Source: Candidatus Omnitrophota bacterium (GTDB taxonomy: Bacteria > Omnitrophota > Gorgyraeia > Zapsychrales > Zapsychraceae). Taken from it: a DNA stretch of 64,000 nt. Location: positions 880-64,879 of the forward strand of contig JAGOSC010000005.1 in assembly GCA_018062515.1 (NCBI GenBank), written 5' to 3'. Shown here one piece after another: positions 1 to 8,120 of this stretch; the first letter of the stretch is position 1, and every line of letters begins with the position of its first letter. A program made the position numbers and the translations under genes. Under the pieces are notes generated by a model, which was not told the DNA's origin, ran no database searches, and worked only from the letters and a program-made list of their open reading frames with translations.

Positions 1-2
1 TT

Positions 3-128
3 AGCCGAATGGAAAATAATAAATTAACAGGGAGCATTAAAACCTATATTGCGATTGCGAATGTATTAGGCTTTCGATTAAGTGAGATGTTTGCCATGAT
101 TGAACAGATTGAAAAAAGTCGAAATTAA
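3..128 (+). CDS. 3' end of an ORF cut by the window edge; possible XRE-type HTH protein tail
   Basis: Frame 3 is open from the edge to TAA at 126-128 (..NKLTGSIKTYIAIANVLGFRLSEMFAMIEQIEKSRN*). The IANVLG..LSEMF stretch resembles the end of XRE-type HTH domains. Too short to be sure. Confidence 0.25.
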   Translation, partial: SRMENNKLTGSIKTYIAIANVLGFRLSEMFAMIEQIEKSRN

Positions 129-144
129 AAGGAAAGGTATTACC

Positions 145-699
145 ATGACAAAGAAAGAGTCAGCAGAAAACGCGGTTAATTTAATACCCCACGAAAAAAT
201 TGAAAATAATATTTATTTAATTAGGGGCAGAAAAGTAATGCTTGATGAAGAATTAGCCGAACTATATGGTGTCCCAACAAAGTCGTTAAATTTGGCAGTT
301 AAACGAAATTTGACGCGTTTCCCGTCGGATTTTATGTTTCAATTAAATGAAAAAGAGAGCCAGTTTTTGAGGTTTCAAAATGAAACCTCAAATAAAGGCC
401 GTGGTGGTCGCAGATACTTACCTTATGTTTTTACTCAAGAAGGCGTTGCTATGCTTTCGAGTGTATTAAACAGTGAAAGGGCCATTCAAGTCAACATCCA
501 GATTATGCGGGCGTTCGTAAAGCTTCGAGAATTGATGATTTCACATAAGGGATTAGCCCAAAAAATCAATGAATTGGAAAAAAAATTTAAGGATCATGAC
601 AAAAGTATCGCCTTGATTTTTAGGGCAATCAAGGAATTATTGGAAAACCCACCTGAACAGGATAAATCTAAGCAAGGAATTGGTTTTCATGTGAGGTGA
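145..699 (+). CDS. ORF6N / KilA-N-like DNA-binding domain protein (phage or island accessory gene)
   Basis: IYLIRGRKVMLDEELAELYGVPTKSLNLAVKRNLTRFPSDFMFQL...RYLPYVFTQEGVAMLSSVL matches the ORF6N-type pattern as I remember it. ATG at 145 is preceded by AAGGAAAGG, so I prefer it to the TTG at 100 in the ORF track. Confidence 0.6.
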   Translation: MTKKESAENAVNLIPHEKIENNIYLIRGRKVMLDEELAELYGVPTKSLNLAVKRNLTRFPSDFMFQLNEKESQFLRFQNETSNKGRGGRRYLPYVFTQEGVAMLSSVLNSERAIQVNIQIMRAFVKLRELMISHKGLAQKINELEKKFKDHDKSIALIFRAIKELLENPPEQDKSKQGIGFHVR

Positions 700-702
700 A
701 AT

Positions 703-897
703 ATGGCTGTCAGTGTAAACAAAAGGTTTTTAAACGTGGAAGAATTAGCTGAGTTTTTGGGAATTGCTGAAGGCACCGTTTATGTTTGGGTCTGTCATCG
801 AAAAATACCGTTTTTAAAAGTTGGACGTTTGGTTAAATTTGATCTTAGGAAGATAGAAAAATGGCTAGAACAAAAATCAGTTGAAATGTATAATTAA
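703..897 (+). CDS. Excisionase/AlpA-family helix-turn-helix DNA-binding protein
   Basis: 64 aa. LNVEELAEFLGIAEGTVYVWVCHRKIPFLKVGRLVKF is the classic Xis/MerR-type HTH_17 pattern. It sits immediately upstream of the integrase. Confidence 0.7.
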   Translation: MAVSVNKRFLNVEELAEFLGIAEGTVYVWVCHRKIPFLKVGRLVKFDLRKIEKWLEQKSVEMYN

Positions 898-929
898 TCA
901 TTAACTTTTAATATATATATTGATTAATT

Positions 930-2012
930 ATGGGCGTATATTTTAAAAATCAAAATTGGCATATTGACTATCGTTTGAAAAACGGCATACGTAGGCGTGA
1001 GAAAGTTGGAACGAGTAAAAAGCTTGCAGAAACCGTTTTAGCAAAACGCAAAGTTGAGATCGCTGAAGATAAATTCTTAGATGTAAATAAAAAAGAAAAA
1101 ATTCGTTTTGAAGAATTTTCAATCGAATTTTTAAACATTCATTCCAAACCAAATAAAAAAAGCTGGATTTCGGATTTATACAATATAAATCGTTTAAAAA
1201 AATCCTTTAAAGGTAAATATATTTTTAGTATTACTTTAAAAGATATCGAAAAATATAAAGCTGATCGCAATGAAGAAGTTTCTTCTGCCACTGTAAACCG
1301 TGAATTGGCAACTTTAAAAACAATGTTATCTAAAGCTGTTGCGTGGGGAAAATTATCTTCAAATCCAGCTCAGAATGTTAAGTTTCTCAAAGAACCTAGT
1401 GGGCGTCTTCGTTTTTTAGAACGTGAAGAAATCTTAAAACTACTCACCAATTGCAATAAACACATGAAATCGATTGTTATACTTGCCTTAAACACCGGAA
1501 TGCGAAAAGGTGAAATTTTAGGACTTAAATGGCGGGATATAGATATTAAACGTAATATAATTACTATATTAGATACAAAAAACGGTGAAAAAAGAGAAAT
1601 TTATATGAATGAACAGGTGAAAACGGCCTTGATTAGAACCCCGAAGCATCCTGATAGCCAATTTATTTTTTGTAAAGAAGATGGTAAACCGCGTCAGGAT
1701 ATACGCAAATCATTCTTTACAGCCCTACGCAAATCTGGTATAAAAGAATTTCGTTTTCATGATTTGAGGCATACTTTTGCAAGTCAATTGGTTATGTCTG
1801 GTACAGATATTAATACTGTAAGAGAATTATTAGGACATAAGGATATTAGAATGACACTTCGATATAGCCACTTGTCACCAAGTTATAAGCAACGGGCGAT
1901 TGATATTTTGGGCAGAAAAATGGACACTTTTTGGACACTTGGCCAATCACAGGTTATTTCTGAAAATTCTGAATTATCACAAACCCTTGATAATAAATCA
2001 TTAACAGTTTAA
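930..2012 (+). CDS. int: Tyrosine recombinase / phage-type integrase
   Basis: The catalytic pattern is present: ALNTGMRKGEILGLKW (Arg), HDLRHTFAS (His-x-x-Arg), LLGHKDIRMTLRYSHL (His, Tyr). There is also an N-terminal SAM-like core-binding region. Confidence 0.9.
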   Translation: MGVYFKNQNWHIDYRLKNGIRRREKVGTSKKLAETVLAKRKVEIAEDKFLDVNKKEKIRFEEFSIEFLNIHSKPNKKSWISDLYNINRLKKSFKGKYIFSITLKDIEKYKADRNEEVSSATVNRELATLKTMLSKAVAWGKLSSNPAQNVKFLKEPSGRLRFLEREEILKLLTNCNKHMKSIVILALNTGMRKGEILGLKWRDIDIKRNIITILDTKNGEKREIYMNEQVKTALIRTPKHPDSQFIFCKEDGKPRQDIRKSFFTALRKSGIKEFRFHDLRHTFASQLVMSGTDINTVRELLGHKDIRMTLRYSHLSPSYKQRAIDILGRKMDTFWTLGQSQVISENSELSQTLDNKSLTV

Positions 2013-2086
2013 CGGGGCGTAGCGCAGCTGGCTAGCGCACTTGTATGGGGTACAAGAAGTCGTGAGTTCAAATCTCACCGCCCCGA
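2013..2086 (+). tRNA. tRNA-Pro (anticodon GGG), no encoded CCA
   Basis: Hand-folded cloverleaf. Acceptor CGGGGCG/CGCCCCG; D stem GCGC/GCGC; anticodon stem CTTGT/ACAAG with loop ATGGGGT; T stem GTGAG/CTCAC with loop TTCAAAT; discriminator A. Followed by TTT. Confidence 0.85.
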
Positions 2087-2114
2087 TTTTAATTTAAAAC
2101 TAAAAGGAGCTATT

Positions 2115-2501
2115 ATGCTTCCCAAGAAAAAAGAAGAATCCTTTACTGAAAAACGTAAATACAAACGTTTCCGAAAGCATTTCTTATTACGTTATTACGA
2201 CATTAGGACCCCACAAAATAAGGAAGAGCTAACGCAGTTAAAAAATATTAGCCAAGGCGGAATGTGTTTTGTCACAACATCAGCGTTTCCCATCGGCACG
2301 CACATGGGTGTTGAATTGAATACACCTTTTATTACCGGCACGACCATACTTGAAGGCATTGTTCGCGGCAGTAATGAAAAAGTCAAAAATATGATCTATG
2401 AAACACGCTTGGAATTTGAAAACCTAAATACCGAGGCATTGGTTGTCCTCGATAAGTTGATTACCTTTTTTAATCGGGCTGAAGGAGCTACACATGATTA
2501 A
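2115..2501 (+). CDS. PilZ domain protein (putative c-di-GMP receptor)
   Basis: RKYKRFRKHF (RxxxR-type motif) followed by NISQGGMCF (D/N-x-S-x-x-G motif). AAGGAG lies upstream of the ATG. Confidence 0.65.
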   Translation: MLPKKKEESFTEKRKYKRFRKHFLLRYYDIRTPQNKEELTQLKNISQGGMCFVTTSAFPIGTHMGVELNTPFITGTTILEGIVRGSNEKVKNMIYETRLEFENLNTEALVVLDKLITFFNRAEGATHD

Positions 2502-3804
2502 ACACCGCAAAATTTCAGATCGAATGAACGTTGGGCTCGTCGGATATGGTGTTGTCGGCCAAGGAGTGGTTCAAATTTTAAAGAAAAACAGACGAACCTT
2601 CCAAGAAACGTATAACACGGATTTTAATCTCGTCGCTATCTGTGACCGCAGTATTCACAAAAAAAACACATCCGGCCTAACTGGAGTTAAGAGGACAAAA
2701 AATATTGATGATGTCCTCAATGATCCTAATATCGATATCGTGATTGAACTTATCGGTGGAAAACAGCCGGCTAAACAAATTGTTGAACGGGCCTTGAAAA
2801 ATGGCAAGGACGTTATCACCGCGAATAAAGATTTAATCGCGAATCATGGCCTCGAGTTATTTAAACTTGCCCAAGACAATGGCCGGCATCTTTACTATGA
2901 ATCTGCCGTTGGTGCTGGTATTCCGATCATCAAAATGATTTCTGAAACGATTGCCGGAAATTCCTTTAAAGGTCTTTACGGAATTATCAACGGGACATGC
3001 AACTTTATCCTCGATGAAATGACCACCAAACATTGTTCCTTTCAAGACGCTTTAAAAGATGCTCAAGCCAGAGGTTACGCGGAGTCTGATCCGACGCTGG
3101 ATGTCAATGGGATGGACACTACCCATAAACTCGCCATTTTAACTTTTCTTGCCTTCGGAAAAATGTTTCCGGTTAAATCTATTTATACAGAAGGGATCAG
3201 TGATATTTCTCACATTGATATTACTTATGCCGAAAGCCTTAATTTATCGATCAAATTACTCGCCATTGCAAAAGAAACAAAAGGAAACTTGGAAGTACGC
3301 GTTCATCCGACGCTGATTTCTAAAAACCATCCATTGTCGACGGTACGCGGAATTTTCAATGCTGTGTATTTAAACACAGATCCTCTGGGAAATGTGATGG
3401 TTTCCGGCGAAGGAGCCGGCCAAATGGCCGCTGCCAGCGGCGTTGTCGCCGATCTTATCAATGCGGCGAATGCTCCCAACAATCCTATGTATTGTAACCG
3501 TTATGTGCAATCAAAAGGCATACGGCTCAGAACCATTGATCATATTGAAACAAAATTTTATATACGTATTCTCGCCGCTGATAAGCCGGGCGTTTTGTCA
3601 CAGGTAACCGGTATTCTCGGTCGCGCTGGTATCGGCATCAATTCGGTAACACAGCAAGCCCATGATGCAGATTTGAAGGCCGTTCCGGTTATTATGTTGA
3701 CCGATTATTCGACGGAAAAAGCGTTACGGAGCGCGCTAAATAAGATTGAAAAATTATCCAGCGTTAAAAGCAAACCTGTAGCAATCAGGATGGAGCAATT
3801 ATAA
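2494..3804 (+). CDS. hom: Homoserine dehydrogenase with C-terminal ACT domain
   Basis: NVGLVGYGVVGQGV Rossmann motif, VITANKDLIA, ESAVGAGIPII, and a C-terminal ACT-like FYIRILAADKPGVLSQVTGILG. An alternative start at ATG 2524 (MNVGLVG) is at least as likely. Confidence 0.9.
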   Translation: MIKHRKISDRMNVGLVGYGVVGQGVVQILKKNRRTFQETYNTDFNLVAICDRSIHKKNTSGLTGVKRTKNIDDVLNDPNIDIVIELIGGKQPAKQIVERALKNGKDVITANKDLIANHGLELFKLAQDNGRHLYYESAVGAGIPIIKMISETIAGNSFKGLYGIINGTCNFILDEMTTKHCSFQDALKDAQARGYAESDPTLDVNGMDTTHKLAILTFLAFGKMFPVKSIYTEGISDISHIDITYAESLNLSIKLLAIAKETKGNLEVRVHPTLISKNHPLSTVRGIFNAVYLNTDPLGNVMVSGEGAGQMAAASGVVADLINAANAPNNPMYCNRYVQSKGIRLRTIDHIETKFYIRILAADKPGVLSQVTGILGRAGIGINSVTQQAHDADLKAVPVIMLTDYSTEKALRSALNKIEKLSSVKSKPVAIRMEQL

Positions 3805-4862
3805 TGAGTTACAAAGGCCTCATTCATCAATACAGAAAATTTTTACCACCGATCAAAGATGAAAACATCGTGACTCTTTTGGAATGCAACACCCCATTGA
3901 TTTATTCCGAGGATTTATCTAAACGCACCGGTTTAAATGTTTATCTTAAATATGAAGGGCTTAATCCGACGGGATCGTTTAAGGACCGCGGAATGACCAT
4001 GGCTATTTCGATGGCCAAGGAAAAAAACGCCAAGATCGTTATGTGCGCCTCGACGGGAAATACATCTGCCTCCGCGGCTGCATACGCCGCTAAAAGCGGG
4101 AGCATGGAATGCGTGGTTCTTATTCCCGAAGGTAATATTTCCCTCGGTAAATTAGCGCAAGCGATGATTCATAATGCCAAAGTCATACAGATTAAAGGAA
4201 ATTTTGATCACGCGCTTGAATTGGTCAAAAAAATTGCCGACGAGTTTCCCGTCGAATTGGTTAATTCGATTAATCCTTATCGCATTGAAGGTCAGAAAAC
4301 AGCGGCATTTGAGATTTGTGATGTACTCGGCGACGCGCCGCATTTTCATGCCATTCCCGTCGGAAACGCAGGAAATATCACCGCGTATTGGAAGGGTTAT
4401 AATGAATACGAACAGGCATGTATCAGCGAAAGGTTGCCGAAAATGCTTGGATTTCAAGCCGCAGGGTCAGCGCCGATTGTTCATAATAAAATTATTGAGA
4501 AGCCGGAAACAATCGCAACAGCGATTAAAATAGGAAACCCGGCGAGCTGGAAACAGGCTGTTGCCGCGCGAGATGAGTCTGGCGGATTAATTGAAGCTGT
4601 CACCGACGAAGAAATTCTTGAGGCTTATAAAATTTTAGCTAATTACAGCGGTGTGTTTTGCGAACCAGCGTCGGCAGCTAGCGTCGCAGGTGTTCTCAAA
4701 TTACATAAACGTGGTTATTTTAAGAATGATTCAGAAGCAAATTTAGTGTGCACCTTGACGGGACATGGACTAAAAGACCCGACTTCTGCTATTAATCTCA
4801 TTGGTAAACCAGTAACGGTTGAGGCTGATATATCGGCTGTACTTAAAGAAATAGGATTATAG
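3804..4862 (+). CDS. thrC: Threonine synthase
   Basis: PLP-lysine motif NPTGSFKDRGMT, ASTGNTSAS, GNAGNITA. Its ATG overlaps the hom stop by 1 nt (TAATG). Confidence 0.9.
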   Translation: MSYKGLIHQYRKFLPPIKDENIVTLLECNTPLIYSEDLSKRTGLNVYLKYEGLNPTGSFKDRGMTMAISMAKEKNAKIVMCASTGNTSASAAAYAAKSGSMECVVLIPEGNISLGKLAQAMIHNAKVIQIKGNFDHALELVKKIADEFPVELVNSINPYRIEGQKTAAFEICDVLGDAPHFHAIPVGNAGNITAYWKGYNEYEQACISERLPKMLGFQAAGSAPIVHNKIIEKPETIATAIKIGNPASWKQAVAARDESGGLIEAVTDEEILEAYKILANYSGVFCEPASAASVAGVLKLHKRGYFKNDSEANLVCTLTGHGLKDPTSAINLIGKPVTVEADISAVLKEIGL

Positions 4863-4929
4863 AAGTCACAAGACACAAAGTCACAAGTCACATCTGACCT
4901 TGTGACATGTGTCCTGTGACATGTGACTT
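4863..4929. repeat. GTCACA-rich imperfect palindrome, copy 1 (two arms of ~31 nt)
   Basis: Left arm is AAGTCACAAGACACAAAGTCACAAGTCACAT. Right arm is CTTGTGACATGTGTCCTGTGACATGTGACTT, and its reverse complement matches the left arm with mismatches and one indel. It fills the thrC-coaB gap and ends 5 nt before the coaB ATG. Confidence 0.8.
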
Positions 4930-4933
4930 ATAG

Positions 4934-5575
4934 ATGAGTAAACTTAAGAACAAATCAGTGCTGATCACATGCGGGCCCACATGGGTTCCGATTGATGATG
5001 TGCGGGTCATTAGTAATATATCGACGGGTGAAATGGGACAAACTCTTGCGCTCGAATGCAAAAAACGAGGAGCTAAAGTTACTTTAATTGAAGGTCCCGT
5101 CGAACGTCGCTTAGTCTCCAAGGGAATTAATGTTAAACCATTTAAATATTTTACCGATTTGGCAAAAATCATTCGGAAAGAATTGAAGAAAAATTACGAT
5201 GTCATCTTTCATGCGGCAGCGGTGAGTGATTACGCCGTGAATAAACCGTCTAAAAACAAAATCAAATCGGATCGATCACGTTTAACTTTGAACTTAGTTC
5301 CATTACCAAAATTGATCCAGTCATTACGGAAATTTAGCCCTAAAGCATTCATTGTTGGATTTAAACTGGAATCTGACATGACGGAAAAAACCGCACTGGA
5401 GTCGACTCGCGGATTATTTAAAAAATCATTTTGTGATCTTGTCATCGCGAACACCGTCCGGAAACAGAAATATCTGGGTTATATTGTTGAGCAAGATAAA
5501 GTTTTAGCGAAGGGAATCACATCGCGCTCGGCAATGGTTAAAAAAATATTAAATACGGTTGAAAATAAAATATGA
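4934..5575 (+). CDS. coaB: Phosphopantothenate-cysteine ligase (CoaB-only DFP-family protein)
   Basis: VLITCGPTWVPIDDVRVISNISTGEMG matches the CoaB pattern ITAGPT.E.IDPVR.I.N.SSGKMG as I recall it. 213 aa, with no CoaC flavoprotein half. Confidence 0.75.
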   Translation: MSKLKNKSVLITCGPTWVPIDDVRVISNISTGEMGQTLALECKKRGAKVTLIEGPVERRLVSKGINVKPFKYFTDLAKIIRKELKKNYDVIFHAAAVSDYAVNKPSKNKIKSDRSRLTLNLVPLPKLIQSLRKFSPKAFIVGFKLESDMTEKTALESTRGLFKKSFCDLVIANTVRKQKYLGYIVEQDKVLAKGITSRSAMVKKILNTVENKI

Positions 5576-6774
5576 AATACGTCGTGATTGTGCCGGATGG
5601 TATGTTCGATCATCCGCTGGAAAATTTTGATAATCGTACACCTCTGGAAATCGCTCGCACACCGAACATGGATTATCTCGCGAGAAATGGAATGAGCGGT
5701 TTGGTGCAGACTATTCCTGATAAGCTTCCCCCAGGGTCTGACGTCGGAAATATGGCCATACTTGGTTATAATCCTGAAATTTCTTTGACTGGGCGATCGC
5801 CGCTGGAAGCTGCGAACATGGGCATCGATTTAAAGGAAGATGAGATTGCATTTCGCTGCAATATGATTACCGAAATGAATGGAATCATGGCAGATTACAG
5901 CGCCGGGCATATCCGGACAGAAGAAGCAGCAATTTTGATCGAAGCGTTAAAAAACCACCTCGGAACTAGAGAGGTAAAATTTTACGCGGGAAAAAGTTAC
6001 CGCCACATTATGGTTCTAAAAACCACGAATCTTAATGAATTTCTAGCGATTAAAACTGTGCCGCCGCATGACATCATCGACCAACCCATTGAAAAGTATT
6101 TGCCGCATGGCCCATTAGCGGATAAACTCATCGGTATTATGGAACAATCCAAAGCGATTTTTGCGGAAAATTCCATTAATCAAGTCCGCATTGATTTAAA
6201 AGAAAATCCGGCGACGATGATTTGGTTGTGGGGACAAGGGACGAAACCAAATCTTATACCTTTTAAAAAAAAATATGGGATTAGCGGATCCATTATTTCC
6301 GCCGTGGATCTTGTCAACGGTTTAGGACGATTGGCCGGATTAAATGTGATTGATGTCCCAGGCGCGACGGGTTACTACGATACCAACTACCAGGGAAAAG
6401 CGGATTATGCGATGGAATCGTTAAAGAAACATGATTATGTCTATATTCACATTGAATCACCCGACGAAGCTGGCCATAACGGAGATGCGCAAGCGAAAAT
6501 TGAAGCGATTGAAAAAATTGATAAGTATGTCGTCGGAACTGTATTAAATCACTTTGGGGACCATCCGGATGCGCGTATCCTAGTTTTACCAGATCATCCG
6601 ACGCCAGTTGTATTACGTACTCATACTCATGAGCCGGTCGGTTTTGCTATGTACGGGCGCGGCATTCCACCCAGCGGTGTAGATTCATACACTGAATCAT
6701 CGACACAAGAAATAGGAATGAAATTCAAGAGTGGCGAAGAAATGATTGAATACTTTATTAAGAAAAATTTATAA
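5572..6774 (+). CDS. Cofactor-independent phosphoglycerate mutase (ApgM) family protein; by context likely the proposed alternative homoserine kinase
   Basis: MKYVVIVPDGMFDHP...RTPNMDYLARNG...LPPGSDVGNMAILGY...IHIESPDEAGHNGD fits the ApgM/metalloenzyme superfamily. It is embedded among hom, thrC and lysC, and no GHMP-type thrB is present. The ATGA overlap with coaB suggests coupling. Confidence 0.7.
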   Translation: MKYVVIVPDGMFDHPLENFDNRTPLEIARTPNMDYLARNGMSGLVQTIPDKLPPGSDVGNMAILGYNPEISLTGRSPLEAANMGIDLKEDEIAFRCNMITEMNGIMADYSAGHIRTEEAAILIEALKNHLGTREVKFYAGKSYRHIMVLKTTNLNEFLAIKTVPPHDIIDQPIEKYLPHGPLADKLIGIMEQSKAIFAENSINQVRIDLKENPATMIWLWGQGTKPNLIPFKKKYGISGSIISAVDLVNGLGRLAGLNVIDVPGATGYYDTNYQGKADYAMESLKKHDYVYIHIESPDEAGHNGDAQAKIEAIEKIDKYVVGTVLNHFGDHPDARILVLPDHPTPVVLRTHTHEPVGFAMYGRGIPPSGVDSYTESSTQEIGMKFKSGEEMIEYFIKKNL

Positions 6775-6776
6775 AT

Positions 6777-6832
6777 GACACAAGATACAAAGTCACAAGT
6801 CACATGTGTCATTGTGACCTGTGTCTTGTGTC
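6777..6832. repeat. GTCACA-rich imperfect palindrome, copy 2
   Basis: GACACAAGA (6777-6785) pairs with TCTTGTGTC (6824-6832), and GTCACAA (6792-6798) pairs with TTGTGAC (6812-6818). The 28-nt core at 6779-6806 matches 4866-4893 at 26 of 28 positions. Confidence 0.8.
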
Positions 6833-6856
6833 TGATATGAAAGGACATAATCACTC

Positions 6857-8083
6857 ATGAAAAAAGATATTGTCGTGCTAAAATTCGGCGGTTCTTCCGT
6901 CGCAAATATTGACCGCATTAAAAACGTAGCCCGGCGCATTGTCGACTCAAAAACGAAAACGAATAATTTAGTCGTTGTCGTTTCGGCCCTGGGAGATACG
7001 ACGGATGAATTAGAAGAAATGGCCTTTAAACTCTGTGATAATCCGCCGGACCGTGAAATGGATTTACTCATGTCAACTGGCGAACAAATTTCTTCTGCGC
7101 TTGTGGCTATGGCGATTAAATCACTGGGTCTTGACGCCATTGCCTTTACCGGCCCGCAAGTCGGAATTAAAACCGATAAATCGCATACAAACGCACGGGT
7201 CATGTCGATAGAATCGCCGCGCATCAAAAAAGCGCATCAGCAAAATAAAATTGTCATCGTCGCCGGTTATCAGGGAATTACCGAGGATGATGAGATTACA
7301 ACACTTGGGCGAGGCGGATCGGATCTGACAGCCGTTGCTTTAGCCGTCGCTCTTAAAGCCAAGGTATGTGAAATTTATACCGACGTGACCGGCATCTTCA
7401 CGACGGATCCACGCAAAGTTAAAGATGCGCGTAAAATAAAAACCATCACGTTTGAAGAAATGCTCGAAATGGCTTCTCTGGGCGCGCAGGTTATGCAGGC
7501 CCGCTCAATCGAAGTCGCCAAACGTTTTAATGTGCCAATCCATGTTCGATCAAGTTTTTCTAAGGAGGAAGGAACCATGATAGTGAAAGACGCACCTAAA
7601 ATCGAAGATATCGCCGTACGCGGCATTACCAGCAATACATCTGAAGCAAAAATTACCATACACGCCGTTCCTGATCAAACAGGTATCGCGGCGAGTATAT
7701 TTACGGAGATTTCTAAAAAAGGTGTCAACGTCGACATTATCGTCCAGAATGTTTCTAACACAGGCTTGACGGATATTTCTTTCACGGTTCCAAAAAAAGA
7801 ATTAGGGAAAGCTTTAGACGCATCCAATAATGTCGCCAAAAAAATTAAAGCCGGGCAAGTTACGTCGGCATCCAACATTGCCCGCGTGTCAATTATCGGT
7901 TCAGGCATGCGCTCGCATAATGGTATTGCAGCTAAGATGTTTGACACATTGGCTAAATTAAAAGTCAATATTGAAATGATTTCCACGTCGGAAATAAGCA
8001 TTTCTTGTATCATTAACGAAAAGCACGCCGAAAAGGCAACACTGGGATTACATAAAGCGTTCGCGCTCGATAAAATAAAATAA
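6857..8083 (+). CDS. lysC: Aspartate kinase with tandem ACT domains
   Basis: VLKFGGSSVA, LGRGGSDLTA, IYTDVTGIFTTDPR. The C-terminal half has two ACT-like repeats. Confidence 0.92.
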   Translation: MKKDIVVLKFGGSSVANIDRIKNVARRIVDSKTKTNNLVVVVSALGDTTDELEEMAFKLCDNPPDREMDLLMSTGEQISSALVAMAIKSLGLDAIAFTGPQVGIKTDKSHTNARVMSIESPRIKKAHQQNKIVIVAGYQGITEDDEITTLGRGGSDLTAVALAVALKAKVCEIYTDVTGIFTTDPRKVKDARKIKTITFEEMLEMASLGAQVMQARSIEVAKRFNVPIHVRSSFSKEEGTMIVKDAPKIEDIAVRGITSNTSEAKITIHAVPDQTGIAASIFTEISKKGVNVDIIVQNVSNTGLTDISFTVPKKELGKALDASNNVAKKIKAGQVTSASNIARVSIIGSGMRSHNGIAAKMFDTLAKLKVNIEMISTSEISISCIINEKHAEKATLGLHKAFALDKIK

Positions 8084-8120
8084 TCAATCCATACAAATTC
8101 TATTTGGAGGATTTTCATAC

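Larger units (their letters stand above)
1..2012 (+). mobile_element. Right-hand end of an integrative element (ORF6N accessory gene, Xis-like HTH, tyrosine integrase) abutting tRNA-Pro. The left boundary is outside the window.
   Basis: Typical accessory-xis-int gene order directly adjacent to a tRNA gene. No att repeat is visible inside the window. Confidence 0.5.

Noticed and set aside
100-144. TTG start at 100 for the ORF6N gene
   Set aside because: It overlaps the preceding ORF's end. ATG 145 has a good AAGGAAAGG ribosome-binding site, and homology starts after it.
4152-4533. ORFs 4152-4457 (-) and 4174-4533 (+)
   Set aside because: They are embedded in thrC in other frames or on the other strand. 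thrC carries the PLP-lysine motif and accounts for the region.
6793-8118. Minus-strand ORFs 6793-7227, 7375-7659 and 7675-8118
   Set aside because: They are antisense to the well-supported aspartate kinase gene. Their translations have no recognisable motifs.
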